A stretch of 32,000 nucleotides of DNA from Candidatus Paracaedimonas acanthamoebae (GTDB taxonomy: Bacteria; Pseudomonadota; Alphaproteobacteria; Caedimonadales; Caedimonadaceae): positions 330,001 to 362,000 of the forward strand of contig CP008936.1 in the NCBI GenBank assembly GCA_000743035.1. Direction: 5' to 3'. The notes under the pieces were generated by a model. It made no database searches, was not told where the DNA came from, and worked only from the letters and a program-made list of their open reading frames with translations. This document shows positions 8,547-17,317 of this stretch, piece after piece. Position 1 is the first letter of the stretch, and every line of letters starts with the position of its first letter. A program made the translations under genes and the position numbers.

Positions 8547-8575
8547 TTGATTAACGGTAGTCTTGCCGTTAATAT
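8547..8575 (+). promoter_or_regulatory. Candidate sigma70 promoter for fabI with an embedded 7-bp inverted repeat
   Basis: ttgatt (8547-8552), a 17-nt spacer, then taatat (8570-8575). ttaacgg (8551-8557) and ccgttaa (8566-8572) form an inverted repeat spanning the spacer. Confidence 0.4.
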
Positions 8576-8619
8576 CTTCTTTCTATTATGGTATAAGGCG
8601 ATATTACAAGGAGCTTTTA

Positions 8620-9444
8620 ATGACGCAGCAAGGATTAATGGTAGGTAAAAAAGGTCTTATTATGGGCGTTGCCAACGATCATTCTCTCGCATGGGGAATT
8701 GCGAAAACGCTGGCCTCTCAAGGTGCATCATTAGCATTTACCTATCAAGGAGAAGTATTGAAGAAAAGAGTCGTTCCATTGGCGGAATCCCTCAAGTCAA
8801 ATATTTTACTTGAATGTGATGTGACAGATGAAGGGAAATTAGCGGAAACCTTTCAAGCATTAAAAGCCCAATGGGGAACGCTTGATTTTGTTGTGCATGC
8901 AATTGCTTTCTCCGATAAAGAAGAATTAAAAGGAAAGTATGTTGAAACGACACGTGCCAACTTCTTAAACACGCTTGATATTTCCTGTTATTCTTTTACA
9001 GCTGTTGCGCGTCATGCAGCGCCTCTTATGTCTCAAGGAGGTAGTTTACTGACGTTATCTTATTATGGAGCTGAAAAAGTGATGCCTCATTATAACGTGA
9101 TGGGCGTGGCAAAAGCCGCTCTAGAAGCAAGTGTACGCTATTTAGCTGCAGATCTTGGAGGTGATAACATTCGAGTCAATGCAATTTCAGCAGGCCCTGT
9201 AAAAACGTTAGCTGCCTCAGGAATCGGAGATTTTCGCTATATCTTAAAGTGGAATCAATATAATGCCCCCTTACGCCGCAATACAACGTTAGAAGATGTT
9301 GGGGGAGCAGGACTATATTTATTAAGTAACCTGTCGTCTGGTGTTACAGGAGAAGTTCACCATGTCGATAGTGGGTATCATGTGGTAGGAATGAAAGCAA
9401 TTGATGCGCCTGATATCTCAACAATTAAAGAAGAACGGTCATAA
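8620..9444 (+). CDS. fabI: Enoyl-[acyl-carrier-protein] reductase (NADH), FabI
   Basis: GKKGLIMGVANDHSLAWGIAK dinucleotide-binding motif, and Y..MGVAKAALE containing the catalytic Tyr/Lys. The start is placed at ATG 8620, after SD caaggag. The first 19 codons in the ORF track are upstream read-through. Confidence 0.93.
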   Translation: MTQQGLMVGKKGLIMGVANDHSLAWGIAKTLASQGASLAFTYQGEVLKKRVVPLAESLKSNILLECDVTDEGKLAETFQALKAQWGTLDFVVHAIAFSDKEELKGKYVETTRANFLNTLDISCYSFTAVARHAAPLMSQGGSLLTLSYYGAEKVMPHYNVMGVAKAALEASVRYLAADLGGDNIRVNAISAGPVKTLAASGIGDFRYILKWNQYNAPLRRNTTLEDVGGAGLYLLSNLSSGVTGEVHHVDSGYHVVGMKAIDAPDISTIKEERS

Positions 9445-9455
9445 AGTTAAAGAGC

Positions 9456-11207
9456 ATGCGCCATATCTTTAGGAAATTTTTAGTGTTTTTGGGAGGAATC
9501 ACTCTCTTTAGCATCGTTATATCGTTAGCTGGGATCATCTTTGTTTCATTTAAAGCTTTAAAAGTAAAAGAAAACAGTTACTTAGAGTTATCACTTGATG
9601 GCCCTTTAGAGGAAAAAACAATAGATGGGGTTCAATCCTTCTTAAATCCGCGTCCTTCTTTACGTTTGATGATAGAAACTCTTGACCATGCAAGCCAAGA
9701 TCCTAAAATTTTGGGTGTTCTTCTAAGGTTGAATCAACAATCACCCATGGGATTTGGGCAGGTACAAGAGCTTCGCAATGCTTTGAAAAGATTTTCCAAG
9801 AAAGGTAAGCATATCGTTGTACATTGCGATACATTTGGAGAGAATACATCAGGAATGACAGCCTATTATCTTGCCTCTGCTGGGCAAGAAATTTGGATGC
9901 AACCTATTGGATCGCTGAATATTACGGGTTTAGGCATTGAGATACCCTTCCTTCGGAAGTTTTTAGATGATTATGGGATTACAGCACGTATTTTAAGACG
10001 CGAAGAATATAAAACGGCCATGGATTTTTTAACTCATGAAGGTCTTTCTTCTCAAAATCGTGAAGATTTAGAGAAAATTTTAACAACAAGACTGAAACAA
10101 ATGATTAAGGATGTTTCGCAAGATAGACAGTTAAGCCCTTCTCAAGTGCGAGAATATATAGATCGTGCTCCTATTGTTAAGGCGCAATCTGCAAAGGAAA
10201 TGAGGTTAATTGATCAAATTGGCTATATTGAGGAGCTATACGCTTACCTTCAAAGAAAAATAAAGGCCCCTGTTCAATTTGTGCAGTTTAAGCAATATTC
10301 TCGCGTCCTTCCAAAATTAAAAAGAGGGAATAAGATAGCAATTATTTATGCTGTAGGACCCATTATGAGAACTTCTGAAAGAGTCAATCCATTGACCCTT
10401 GAATCGGTTGTGAGTGCAGAAGAGGTTCGCAAAGCTTTTGAAGATGCTCTTAAGGATCCTCAGGTAAAAGCAATTGTCTTTAGAATTAATAGTCCAGGAG
10501 GCTCTGCTGTTGCTTCTGATACAATCTGGGGCGCTGTTGAGCAGGCAAAAACAAAAGGAATTCCTGTGATTGCTTCTATGGGGGATGTCGCAGCTTCAGG
10601 TGGGTATATGGTCGCTCTTCCTGCAAAAAAAATTATTGCTAATCCAGCCACCATTACGGGCTCTATAGGCGTTTATGGCGGAAAACTTGTGACAGATGCT
10701 TTTTGGGAAAAGTTAAAAATTCATTGGCAGAGTGTTCAGGTGGGGCAGAAGGCGCTTATATGGAATAGTGTAAAGGAATATTCAAAAGAAGAGTTGGAAG
10801 CAATCAATGAAACATTAGACCAGATCTATGAGGTTTTTATGCAACGTGTTTCATTGGCACGTAAACTCCCTTTAAGTGATGTTCGTAACATAGCTCAAGG
10901 CCATGTATGGACAGGAGATGAGGCCCTTAATAAAGGGTTGATTGATGCTTTAGGAGATATGGAACTTGCTATTAGTATAGCTAAGAAAGAAGCAGGTTTT
11001 AAAGAGGGCGAAGTGATGAGGCTTGAAACGTTCCCTCGCGAAACCGCTTTTATAGAAAAGTTAAAATTATTTTTAACAGGAAATTCTTCTGTACTTTCTT
11101 TAAATGGTGGAGTTTATGAGTTTTTTAAAGTGGTTAGAAGTGCCTTTAAATCTACGATTATTGATTCTTTATATTCTCCACTTGCGGCTTATTTTGAGAG
11201 TAACTAA
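9456..11207 (+). CDS. sppA: Signal peptide peptidase SppA, 67K type (protease IV)
   Basis: 583 aa with an N-terminal TM and two tandem S49 domains. Motifs include INSPGGSAVASD and GDVAASGGYMVA (catalytic Ser block). Confidence 0.9.
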   Translation: MRHIFRKFLVFLGGITLFSIVISLAGIIFVSFKALKVKENSYLELSLDGPLEEKTIDGVQSFLNPRPSLRLMIETLDHASQDPKILGVLLRLNQQSPMGFGQVQELRNALKRFSKKGKHIVVHCDTFGENTSGMTAYYLASAGQEIWMQPIGSLNITGLGIEIPFLRKFLDDYGITARILRREEYKTAMDFLTHEGLSSQNREDLEKILTTRLKQMIKDVSQDRQLSPSQVREYIDRAPIVKAQSAKEMRLIDQIGYIEELYAYLQRKIKAPVQFVQFKQYSRVLPKLKRGNKIAIIYAVGPIMRTSERVNPLTLESVVSAEEVRKAFEDALKDPQVKAIVFRINSPGGSAVASDTIWGAVEQAKTKGIPVIASMGDVAASGGYMVALPAKKIIANPATITGSIGVYGGKLVTDAFWEKLKIHWQSVQVGQKALIWNSVKEYSKEELEAINETLDQIYEVFMQRVSLARKLPLSDVRNIAQGHVWTGDEALNKGLIDALGDMELAISIAKKEAGFKEGEVMRLETFPRETAFIEKLKLFLTGNSSVLSLNGGVYEFFKVVRSAFKSTIIDSLYSPLAAYFESN

Positions 11208-11216
11208 AGGGATGTC

Positions 11217-12656
11217 ATGAGAAAACATATCGTAACATTCATTGCTGGTGATGGCGTGGGGCCTGAAGTAACCAACGCTGCTCGTAGAATCATTGAGGCT
11301 GCTGGTGTTAATATTGAGTGGGAAGAATGTTTAGCCGGTGCGGTCGTTTTTAAGCAAGGACTTGCATCGGGTGTTCCTGAAGAAACCATTAATTCTATTA
11401 AACGAAATAGGGTTGTGCTTAAGGGGCCGCTTGAGACACCTGTTGGTTATGGTGAAAAAAGTGCCAATGTAACCTTAAGAAAATTGTTTGAAACTTATGC
11501 CAATATTCGACCTATTCGCGAGTTTCCGAGTGTGCCAACGCCTTATCAGGGACGAGGAATTGACTTCGTTATTGTGCGTGAAAATGTCGAAGACCTCTAT
11601 GCGGGCATTGAATATATGCAAACACCTGGCACAGCACAGACTCTCAAATTAATCACGCGCAAAGGATGTGAGAAGATTGTGCGAGTTGCTTTTGAATTTG
11701 CGCTCGCAGAAGGGCGTAAGAAAGTACATTGCGCAACGAAAGCAAACATTATGAAATTTTCTGAAGGAATGCTAAAGCAAACCTTTGAGGATATTTCTAA
11801 AGAGTATCCAAGCATTGAAGCTCAACACATTATTGTTGATAATTGTGCGCATCAATTGGTGAAAATTCCAGAAATGTTTGATGTAATTGTCACAACGAAC
11901 ATGAATGGGGATATTTTAAGTGATTTAGGTTCTGGCTTAATTGGAGGGTTGGGGTTTGCACCTGGTGCGAATTTAGGCAATGATATTGCTATTTTTGAAG
12001 CTGTCCATGGTTCAGCTCCTAAATACGCAGGACAGAATACAATTAATCCTACGGCAGTCATCTTCTCAAGTCTGATGATGCTAAGGTATTTAGGTGAATT
12101 TGAAGCTGCCAACACCATTGAACAAGCTGTTTTGGTCACACTCCAAGAACGTCGTACATTAACAAAAGATGTGGTAGGAAAACAAAATGCGACTTCTACA
12201 ACAGCTTATTGTGACGAGATTATAAAAAACTTAGGAAAGAGTTCTAATTTTTGGAAGTTAAGAGATTATAAACCTCTTCAGATGCCATTAATTTCACGAG
12301 AACCCATGTTTGTGAAGGCAACTTCTAAAGTTGTGGGCATGGATATTTTTATTCAATCAAATCTTACGGCAGAAGAGCTGGGGAAAAGTCTTGAACAGCT
12401 AGTATTTAATTCGCCTGTTCAGCTTAAAATGATTTCAAACAGAGGCGTGAAAGTATACCCTCTTACTGGCACCTCCACGGATGTAGTTGATCTTTGGAGT
12501 TGTCGTTTGATGACAAAAGATCAGAGTGAACTTAGTGATCACTTAATTTGTACCTTGATAGGGAAAATAGGGCGCTCTCATGCCTGGATGCATCTTGAAA
12601 AGTTAACTTATTTTGGTGATCGTATAGGCTTCACAAAAGCCCAAGGTGAAGACTAA
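11217..12656 (+). CDS. icd: Isocitrate dehydrogenase (isocitrate/isopropylmalate dehydrogenase fold) with a C-terminal extension of about 135 aa
   Basis: Motifs LRKLFETYANIRP, VRENVEDLYAG and NMNGDILSD, with G.APGAN further on. At 479 aa it is longer than the core fold, as I recall for the roughly 480-aa rickettsial icd. Confidence 0.88.
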   Translation: MRKHIVTFIAGDGVGPEVTNAARRIIEAAGVNIEWEECLAGAVVFKQGLASGVPEETINSIKRNRVVLKGPLETPVGYGEKSANVTLRKLFETYANIRPIREFPSVPTPYQGRGIDFVIVRENVEDLYAGIEYMQTPGTAQTLKLITRKGCEKIVRVAFEFALAEGRKKVHCATKANIMKFSEGMLKQTFEDISKEYPSIEAQHIIVDNCAHQLVKIPEMFDVIVTTNMNGDILSDLGSGLIGGLGFAPGANLGNDIAIFEAVHGSAPKYAGQNTINPTAVIFSSLMMLRYLGEFEAANTIEQAVLVTLQERRTLTKDVVGKQNATSTTAYCDEIIKNLGKSSNFWKLRDYKPLQMPLISREPMFVKATSKVVGMDIFIQSNLTAEELGKSLEQLVFNSPVQLKMISNRGVKVYPLTGTSTDVVDLWSCRLMTKDQSELSDHLICTLIGKIGRSHAWMHLEKLTYFGDRIGFTKAQGED

Positions 12657-12902
12657 GGGATAACAAGTTTTCTAAGTGACTCAGAACTTTGTTGAATAAG
12701 TTGGAGTCTTGGGGAAGCGGTTCCTTAGTTTCTGAAAATACTCATTTCTATAAGGCCACTGTTACTAGATTTTAAAAAACTTGGTTATTAATAGTCTAAG
12801 TTGTATTTAATGGGGAATTACTATTAAAAGGTTACTTGATAATTTATGTTCACTTAAGTATGTTTGTAAGTAACTGTCTAGAATACTTAAAAGAGGGGAA
12901 AA

Positions 12903-13415
12903 ATGAATAAATTGTCTCAATTGTGTAGCTTTGTGATAATGATGGCATTATTTGAGTCGACTTGTGTAGGAACCAATCTAGAAGTTGACGATACGCATCC
13001 ACACCGTGGAATGACTCTAATATTCGAGACGAATAATCAATCGGGGATCTCAGATCTAAATGAAGAGATAACCTCTCTCCGTAATCAGATAACTTCTCTC
13101 ATAGGTATTATATCTTCTAGAGAAATCGACGACATGCTTACTATTGTGCATAGATCATATAGGAGACAGCAGGAAGATCGAGGCCAAAATTACTTCTTAA
13201 TGGGCCTGTTTTCGATGGCTGGAGGATATTTAGTCAAAGAAGTGGTGAAGAAAATGACTGAATCCGGGCCGATACGATGGGGGTTTGGCATTGTTACAAC
13301 CATATGGATAGCTTCAAATACAAATGAGATTATCAAGATGTACTATACTGCGGAGCGAAAACGGATGTTGCGAGAGTATCTTCAAGGACTACAACAAATC
13401 CGATCTATGAGCTGA
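12903..13415 (+). CDS. Hypothetical membrane or secreted protein
   Basis: Strong SD (agaggggaaaaATG), a hydrophobic N-terminus, a heptad-like NEEITSLRNQITSLIG segment and two hydrophobic segments. No known motif was recognised. Confidence 0.55.
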   Translation: MNKLSQLCSFVIMMALFESTCVGTNLEVDDTHPHRGMTLIFETNNQSGISDLNEEITSLRNQITSLIGIISSREIDDMLTIVHRSYRRQQEDRGQNYFLMGLFSMAGGYLVKEVVKKMTESGPIRWGFGIVTTIWIASNTNEIIKMYYTAERKRMLREYLQGLQQIRSMS

Positions 13416-13475
13416 GATGAGTGTATTGCATACCTCGAAAGAGAACAAAGATTAGGAAATTAGTCTGAAAAGAGT

Positions 13476-13693
13476 GATGCATTCAACGAAGCATGGCCAA
13501 TTCAGAATTCTTATATAAAGGGGTTTATGTACTTATCGAGAAGATTTTATATCTTTAAAAATCTCAAAGAAGTTCGTGAGACTATTGAAAAATGGATGAC
13601 TCAGTATAGCAAAGAAAGACCTCATCAATATTAACACCTATTGAGTATAGTTTATTCACAAAAAAACTGGACTATAATTCTTCTTGGTCCTAG
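13476..13693 (+). mobile_element. Remnant of the C-terminal end of an rve-type (IS3-like) transposase, frameshifted
   Basis: Translation DAFNEAW...FKNLKEVRETIEKWMTQYSKERPHQ stops at 13632. The +2 frame continues with TPIEY. Together these recreate the integrase-core C-terminal pattern NAF.E.F...W...YN..RPH..L...TP.EY. No catalytic core or terminal inverted repeats are visible. Confidence 0.55.
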
Positions 13694-13785
13694 ATATGAT
13701 AACTTTACAGGGGGCATCCATAAAAAATCAAAGATAAATGCCATATACACAAAAAAATTATTTGTGGGATAATTTTCTGCCTTTA

Positions 13786-13801
13786 TTAATAAAATATTAA
13801 C
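13786..13801 (+). promoter_or_regulatory. Perfect CtrA-box consensus (TTAA-N7-TTAAC) upstream of fliF
   Basis: ttaa taaaata ttaac lies 51 nt upstream of the fliF GTG. It is the only match I found in the intergenic regions that I scanned by eye. Confidence 0.4.
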
Positions 13802-13851
13802 CTTTACAGTTTAAAGCTAATCGCCAATTTTAACGCCGAGGAGATATTGTT

Positions 13852-15390
13852 GTGGAGCGGATAGCGCAAACTTTAAGTAGTTGGGGGGCTCCACGACGGA
13901 CTCTTTTTGGAATTGTGATAATAATAATAACGTTTTTAAGCATCTATTATTTATTCATAAAAGCTTCACCTCTGCCTATGGCTCTTTTGTACTCAGATTT
14001 AGAACTTGCAGATGCAAGTCGTATTGTTGCGCGGCTAGGAAAACAAGGGGTCCCCGTTGACCTTAAAGCCGAAGGGACGCAAATTTATGTACCTGCTGAG
14101 AAAGTTGCTCGTTTGCGTATGGAGATGGCAGAAGTAGGTATTCCTAAAGGAAGAATTGTAGGATACGAGATCTTTGATCAAAATGCGGCCAATACAAGTT
14201 CTAACTTTATGCATGATATAAAACATTTACGCGCATTAGAAGGTGAGCTTGCGCGGACAATTTCTTCTTTAGAGGCTGTTATATCAGCAAGAGTGCATCT
14301 AGTTCTTCCCAGACGAGAATTATTTATAAAAGAGCAACAACAGCCAAGTGCCTCAATAGTTCTCCATATACGTGATTCTAAAAAGTTAAAGCAATCTAAA
14401 GTGTTGGCTATCCAACATCTTGTAGCCTCAGCCGTGCCAGGACTTGTGCCTGATGCAGTTGCAATTATTGATGATAAAGGAAATCTGTTGGCAAAGAGTG
14501 ATGCTGAAACAGATTCACAACATCAAACAAATATTGAAGAAATTCGTATGGCTTATGAAACAAGAACAGCCCAGATGATTGAGGGTTTAGTAGGCAAGTA
14601 TGTGGGGCCTGATAAGGTGCGAGCTGAAGTGACAGCTGAAGTAGATATTGATCGTTTTTCACAAGAAGAAGAGCGTTATGATCCTCAAGGACAAGTTGAA
14701 AGGTCGCGTCAAATTATTCGAAAATCTAACGAACCCCATGATTTGACAGAAGAGAATATTAAGTATGAGGTTACAAAGTTAGTTCAAAAGCAATCACGTG
14801 AATCTGGTAGTATAAGGCGGCTTTCTGTTGCCGTCGTTATTGATGGGCATTATCTTCATGATGACAAGGGCAAAGAGCTTTACCAACCAAGATCTCCAGA
14901 AGAGATGGAACAATTAAAAAAACTTATATCCTCAGCAATTGGATTCAATGCTGAGCGAAAGGATCAGCTTGAAGTCATCAATATGCCTTTTGCAAAGGTT
15001 GGAGACCATAGAACACGTCCCATTGATTATTCTGAACCTATTATTGCCTTTAAGCATTCGGAATTATTAAGATTTGCAGAACTCTTAATTTTCATTATCG
15101 CAACTTTGTTAGGAATTATGATTGTCATAAAACCACTTGGATTTAGTTTCTCGTTAAAAAAACAAAGAGCAAGCACAAACCAGGATCCAACTCAACCGTC
15201 TCTTTCTCAAATGGATTTAAATCCTTCGCAAGAAGTAAATTTTGTTACAAAGCCACTACAACTTCAATTTTCTCAGCAGGTTAAGGAGAATGTAAGTGAA
15301 TTGTCACAACAAAGAATTAAATATATTCTTGATCATCACCTTGAAGAAGCGGTAAGCGTACTTCGAGATTGGATTCAGGAAGGAAAATAG
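13852..15390 (+). CDS. fliF: Flagellar M-ring protein FliF
   Basis: GTG start 7 nt after SD gaggag. N-terminal TM, then a YscJ/FliF-type periplasmic ring region (LYSDLELADASRIVARLGKQGVPV, SARVHLVLP, PSASIVL), a second TM near the C-terminus and a FliG-binding tail. Confidence 0.92.
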   Translation: MERIAQTLSSWGAPRRTLFGIVIIIITFLSIYYLFIKASPLPMALLYSDLELADASRIVARLGKQGVPVDLKAEGTQIYVPAEKVARLRMEMAEVGIPKGRIVGYEIFDQNAANTSSNFMHDIKHLRALEGELARTISSLEAVISARVHLVLPRRELFIKEQQQPSASIVLHIRDSKKLKQSKVLAIQHLVASAVPGLVPDAVAIIDDKGNLLAKSDAETDSQHQTNIEEIRMAYETRTAQMIEGLVGKYVGPDKVRAEVTAEVDIDRFSQEEERYDPQGQVERSRQIIRKSNEPHDLTEENIKYEVTKLVQKQSRESGSIRRLSVAVVIDGHYLHDDKGKELYQPRSPEEMEQLKKLISSAIGFNAERKDQLEVINMPFAKVGDHRTRPIDYSEPIIAFKHSELLRFAELLIFIIATLLGIMIVIKPLGFSFSLKKQRASTNQDPTQPSLSQMDLNPSQEVNFVTKPLQLQFSQQVKENVSELSQQRIKYILDHHLEEAVSVLRDWIQEGK

Positions 15391-15394
15391 GAAG

Positions 15395-16420
15395 ATGCCT
15401 ACTCAGGAGACTGTAAGGCCGGTAACAAATTCTAAGTTTTCATTATTTGATAAGCTCGCTATTTTTTTGCTTTCGCTACCACAAAATGAAGTAAAGAAGA
15501 TTTTTTCGAAGTTTAATGCTCATGAAGTCAAAAGTATATTGCAAAGAATGGCGGCTGTTGGCTCTCTTGACGTAACACAAGTTGAAGATCTATATTTAGA
15601 ATTTTCAGAAGCAGTGGAAAAGCTAATGGATAAATCAGAGTCTTCTGAAGGTGCCGAGAGAGTCTTAAGGAAGCTGTTCCATCCTTTTGATCTGAACGAG
15701 AGTATGATCGAGCCGCAAAAGATTAAGGTAGACGAACTATCAGAAACACTAAAAAACATTACTTCTTCAAGTCTTGCAAAATTCCTTAAAAATGAACATC
15801 CTCAAATAATTTCACTTATCTTAAGTAGGATTGATCCACAGAAAGCAGCCTCAATTTTTATTGAATTTCCTGAGGCGCTATCCATCGATATTATGAATAG
15901 GATGCTTACAATGGAGCAAGTTCAACAAGAAGTTGTCAACGAGGTTGAAAATACACTTAAAGCTGAATTTAAAGATATTCTCACGCCGGCAATTCAGCAA
16001 GATGCTTGTGCGCATATGGCGGATATTTTTAACGCTTTTAATCCAAAAGACGAAGTGAAATTTATGCAAGGGCTTGAATCAAAGAATAGTGAGGCGGCCA
16101 AACATATTAAAGATCTTATTTTAACGATTGAAGACTTAAAGTATGTTGAAGGGACAGGAATTAAAACAATTCTTAGTATTGCTGATAAAAGTAAGCTTGT
16201 GATTGCTTTGAAAGGAGCAAGCGAATCTTTAAAAGAGATTTTCTTCTCTCACATGTCCGAGCGGTCGGCTAAACTTTTAAAAGAGGAAATAACGGCTTTG
16301 GGTATGGTTAAAATTCGTACTGTCTATGAAGCTCAACAGGAGATTGTTAGCCAAGCAAAAGAATTTATTAGAAAAGGTGAAATTCATCTAAATAAATCGC
16401 TCTTCAGTAAGCGAGTTTAA
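15395..16420 (+). CDS. fliG: Flagellar motor switch protein FliG
   Basis: 341 aa with the EHPQIISLILSRIDPQKAASIF block and a C-terminal domain containing MSERSAKLLKEEI. It starts 4 nt after fliF ends. Confidence 0.92.
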   Translation: MPTQETVRPVTNSKFSLFDKLAIFLLSLPQNEVKKIFSKFNAHEVKSILQRMAAVGSLDVTQVEDLYLEFSEAVEKLMDKSESSEGAERVLRKLFHPFDLNESMIEPQKIKVDELSETLKNITSSSLAKFLKNEHPQIISLILSRIDPQKAASIFIEFPEALSIDIMNRMLTMEQVQQEVVNEVENTLKAEFKDILTPAIQQDACAHMADIFNAFNPKDEVKFMQGLESKNSEAAKHIKDLILTIEDLKYVEGTGIKTILSIADKSKLVIALKGASESLKEIFFSHMSERSAKLLKEEITALGMVKIRTVYEAQQEIVSQAKEFIRKGEIHLNKSLFSKRV

Positions 16421-16550
16421 GAGTATAATTCATCTCAATTAAAAAATTTGTAAATCTTCTCTTTGAGACTCAAAATTTATAAGAGAAGTTTTATAGGGCC
16501 TAATTTGGGGGACATTTTATAGAGGGGAAGCATCCTAGAAGGGGGAATGG

Positions 16551-16922
16551 ATGAGCAGTAATGATCAAAAAAAAATAATAAAAGACAATCGGGATTTTAT
16601 AAGTAATACTGAATTCACACCATTAAATGATATTTTTTTTAACAGTAGTTCTCAGTCTGAAAAAAGTTTACAGTCACCTGTTGATTTGAAAGCTATATAT
16701 GAAGTGCCTGTTCAGGTTTCAGCCATTCTAGGACGAGCAAATATTCCCATTAAGCAACTTTTAAAACTTGTGCCAGGAAGTATTATTGAGTTAGATCGAA
16801 AAGTTGGGGACCCAATAGATATTTATGTTAATAATCATTTACTGGCTCGTGGCAATCTCGTCTTAATGGATAAGCATCTTGGAATTACTATTACTGAAAT
16901 TATTAAAATTGAAAGAAGTTAG
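16551..16922 (+). CDS. fliN: Flagellar motor switch protein FliN
   Basis: SpoA/FliN domain: VPVQVSAILGRANIPIKQLLKLVPGSIIELDRKVGDPIDIYVNNHLLARGNLVLMDKHLGITITEI. SD agggggaa precedes the start. Confidence 0.9.
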   Translation: MSSNDQKKIIKDNRDFISNTEFTPLNDIFFNSSSQSEKSLQSPVDLKAIYEVPVQVSAILGRANIPIKQLLKLVPGSIIELDRKVGDPIDIYVNNHLLARGNLVLMDKHLGITITEIIKIERS

Positions 16923-17317
16923 TAATACTTAAAGAGGGTTAGTTTATGGTTTTTAATGAGGGACTAAGTGTACATATTTATTAGTTCTTGTTACGTGAAA
17001 TTTTAAAACTGTAGCAATTAAGCCACAGCGTGCATTGTTTAGAGAAGATAGTCTTATGAATTTAGCTCGACAATTATGGTACCCAAAGGCTAACTAAGAA
17101 AGCATATTATTTGGGATGATCTAAGAGGGGGAGACAAGTGTATAATTTATTCATCAGAAAAAGCGATATTATCAGCGGCTCAGCTCATAAAATTTTAAAG
17201 CTATTCAGCCAAGAAAATTAAATTTCTAGCTTTCTTTATCACCTAATAGAATTGATCTCGAAGGTGGTTAATAAAAAGACTGTTTATGGCATATGGTAAT
17301 CAAGGAGGAGCAAAAGG

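Noticed and set aside
8563-8619. Upstream extension of fabI in the ORF track (MPLISSFYYGIRRYYKELL).
   Set aside because: It starts at a non-ATG codon inside the predicted promoter. The canonical FabI N-terminus begins at ATG 8620, which has its own SD.
13764-13781. Sigma54-like GG-N10-GC element (gggataattttctgc) upstream of fliF.
   Set aside because: Only the GG and GC dinucleotides plus a few flanking bases match TGGCAC-N5-TTGCW, and the TGG register is off by one. This is too weak in AT-rich DNA.
17287-17302. tggcatatggtaatca, resembling a sigma54 -24/-12 element upstream of flhF.
   Set aside because: The -12 GC is missing (tc instead). The element also abuts the SD, so a transcript would lack a ribosome-binding site.
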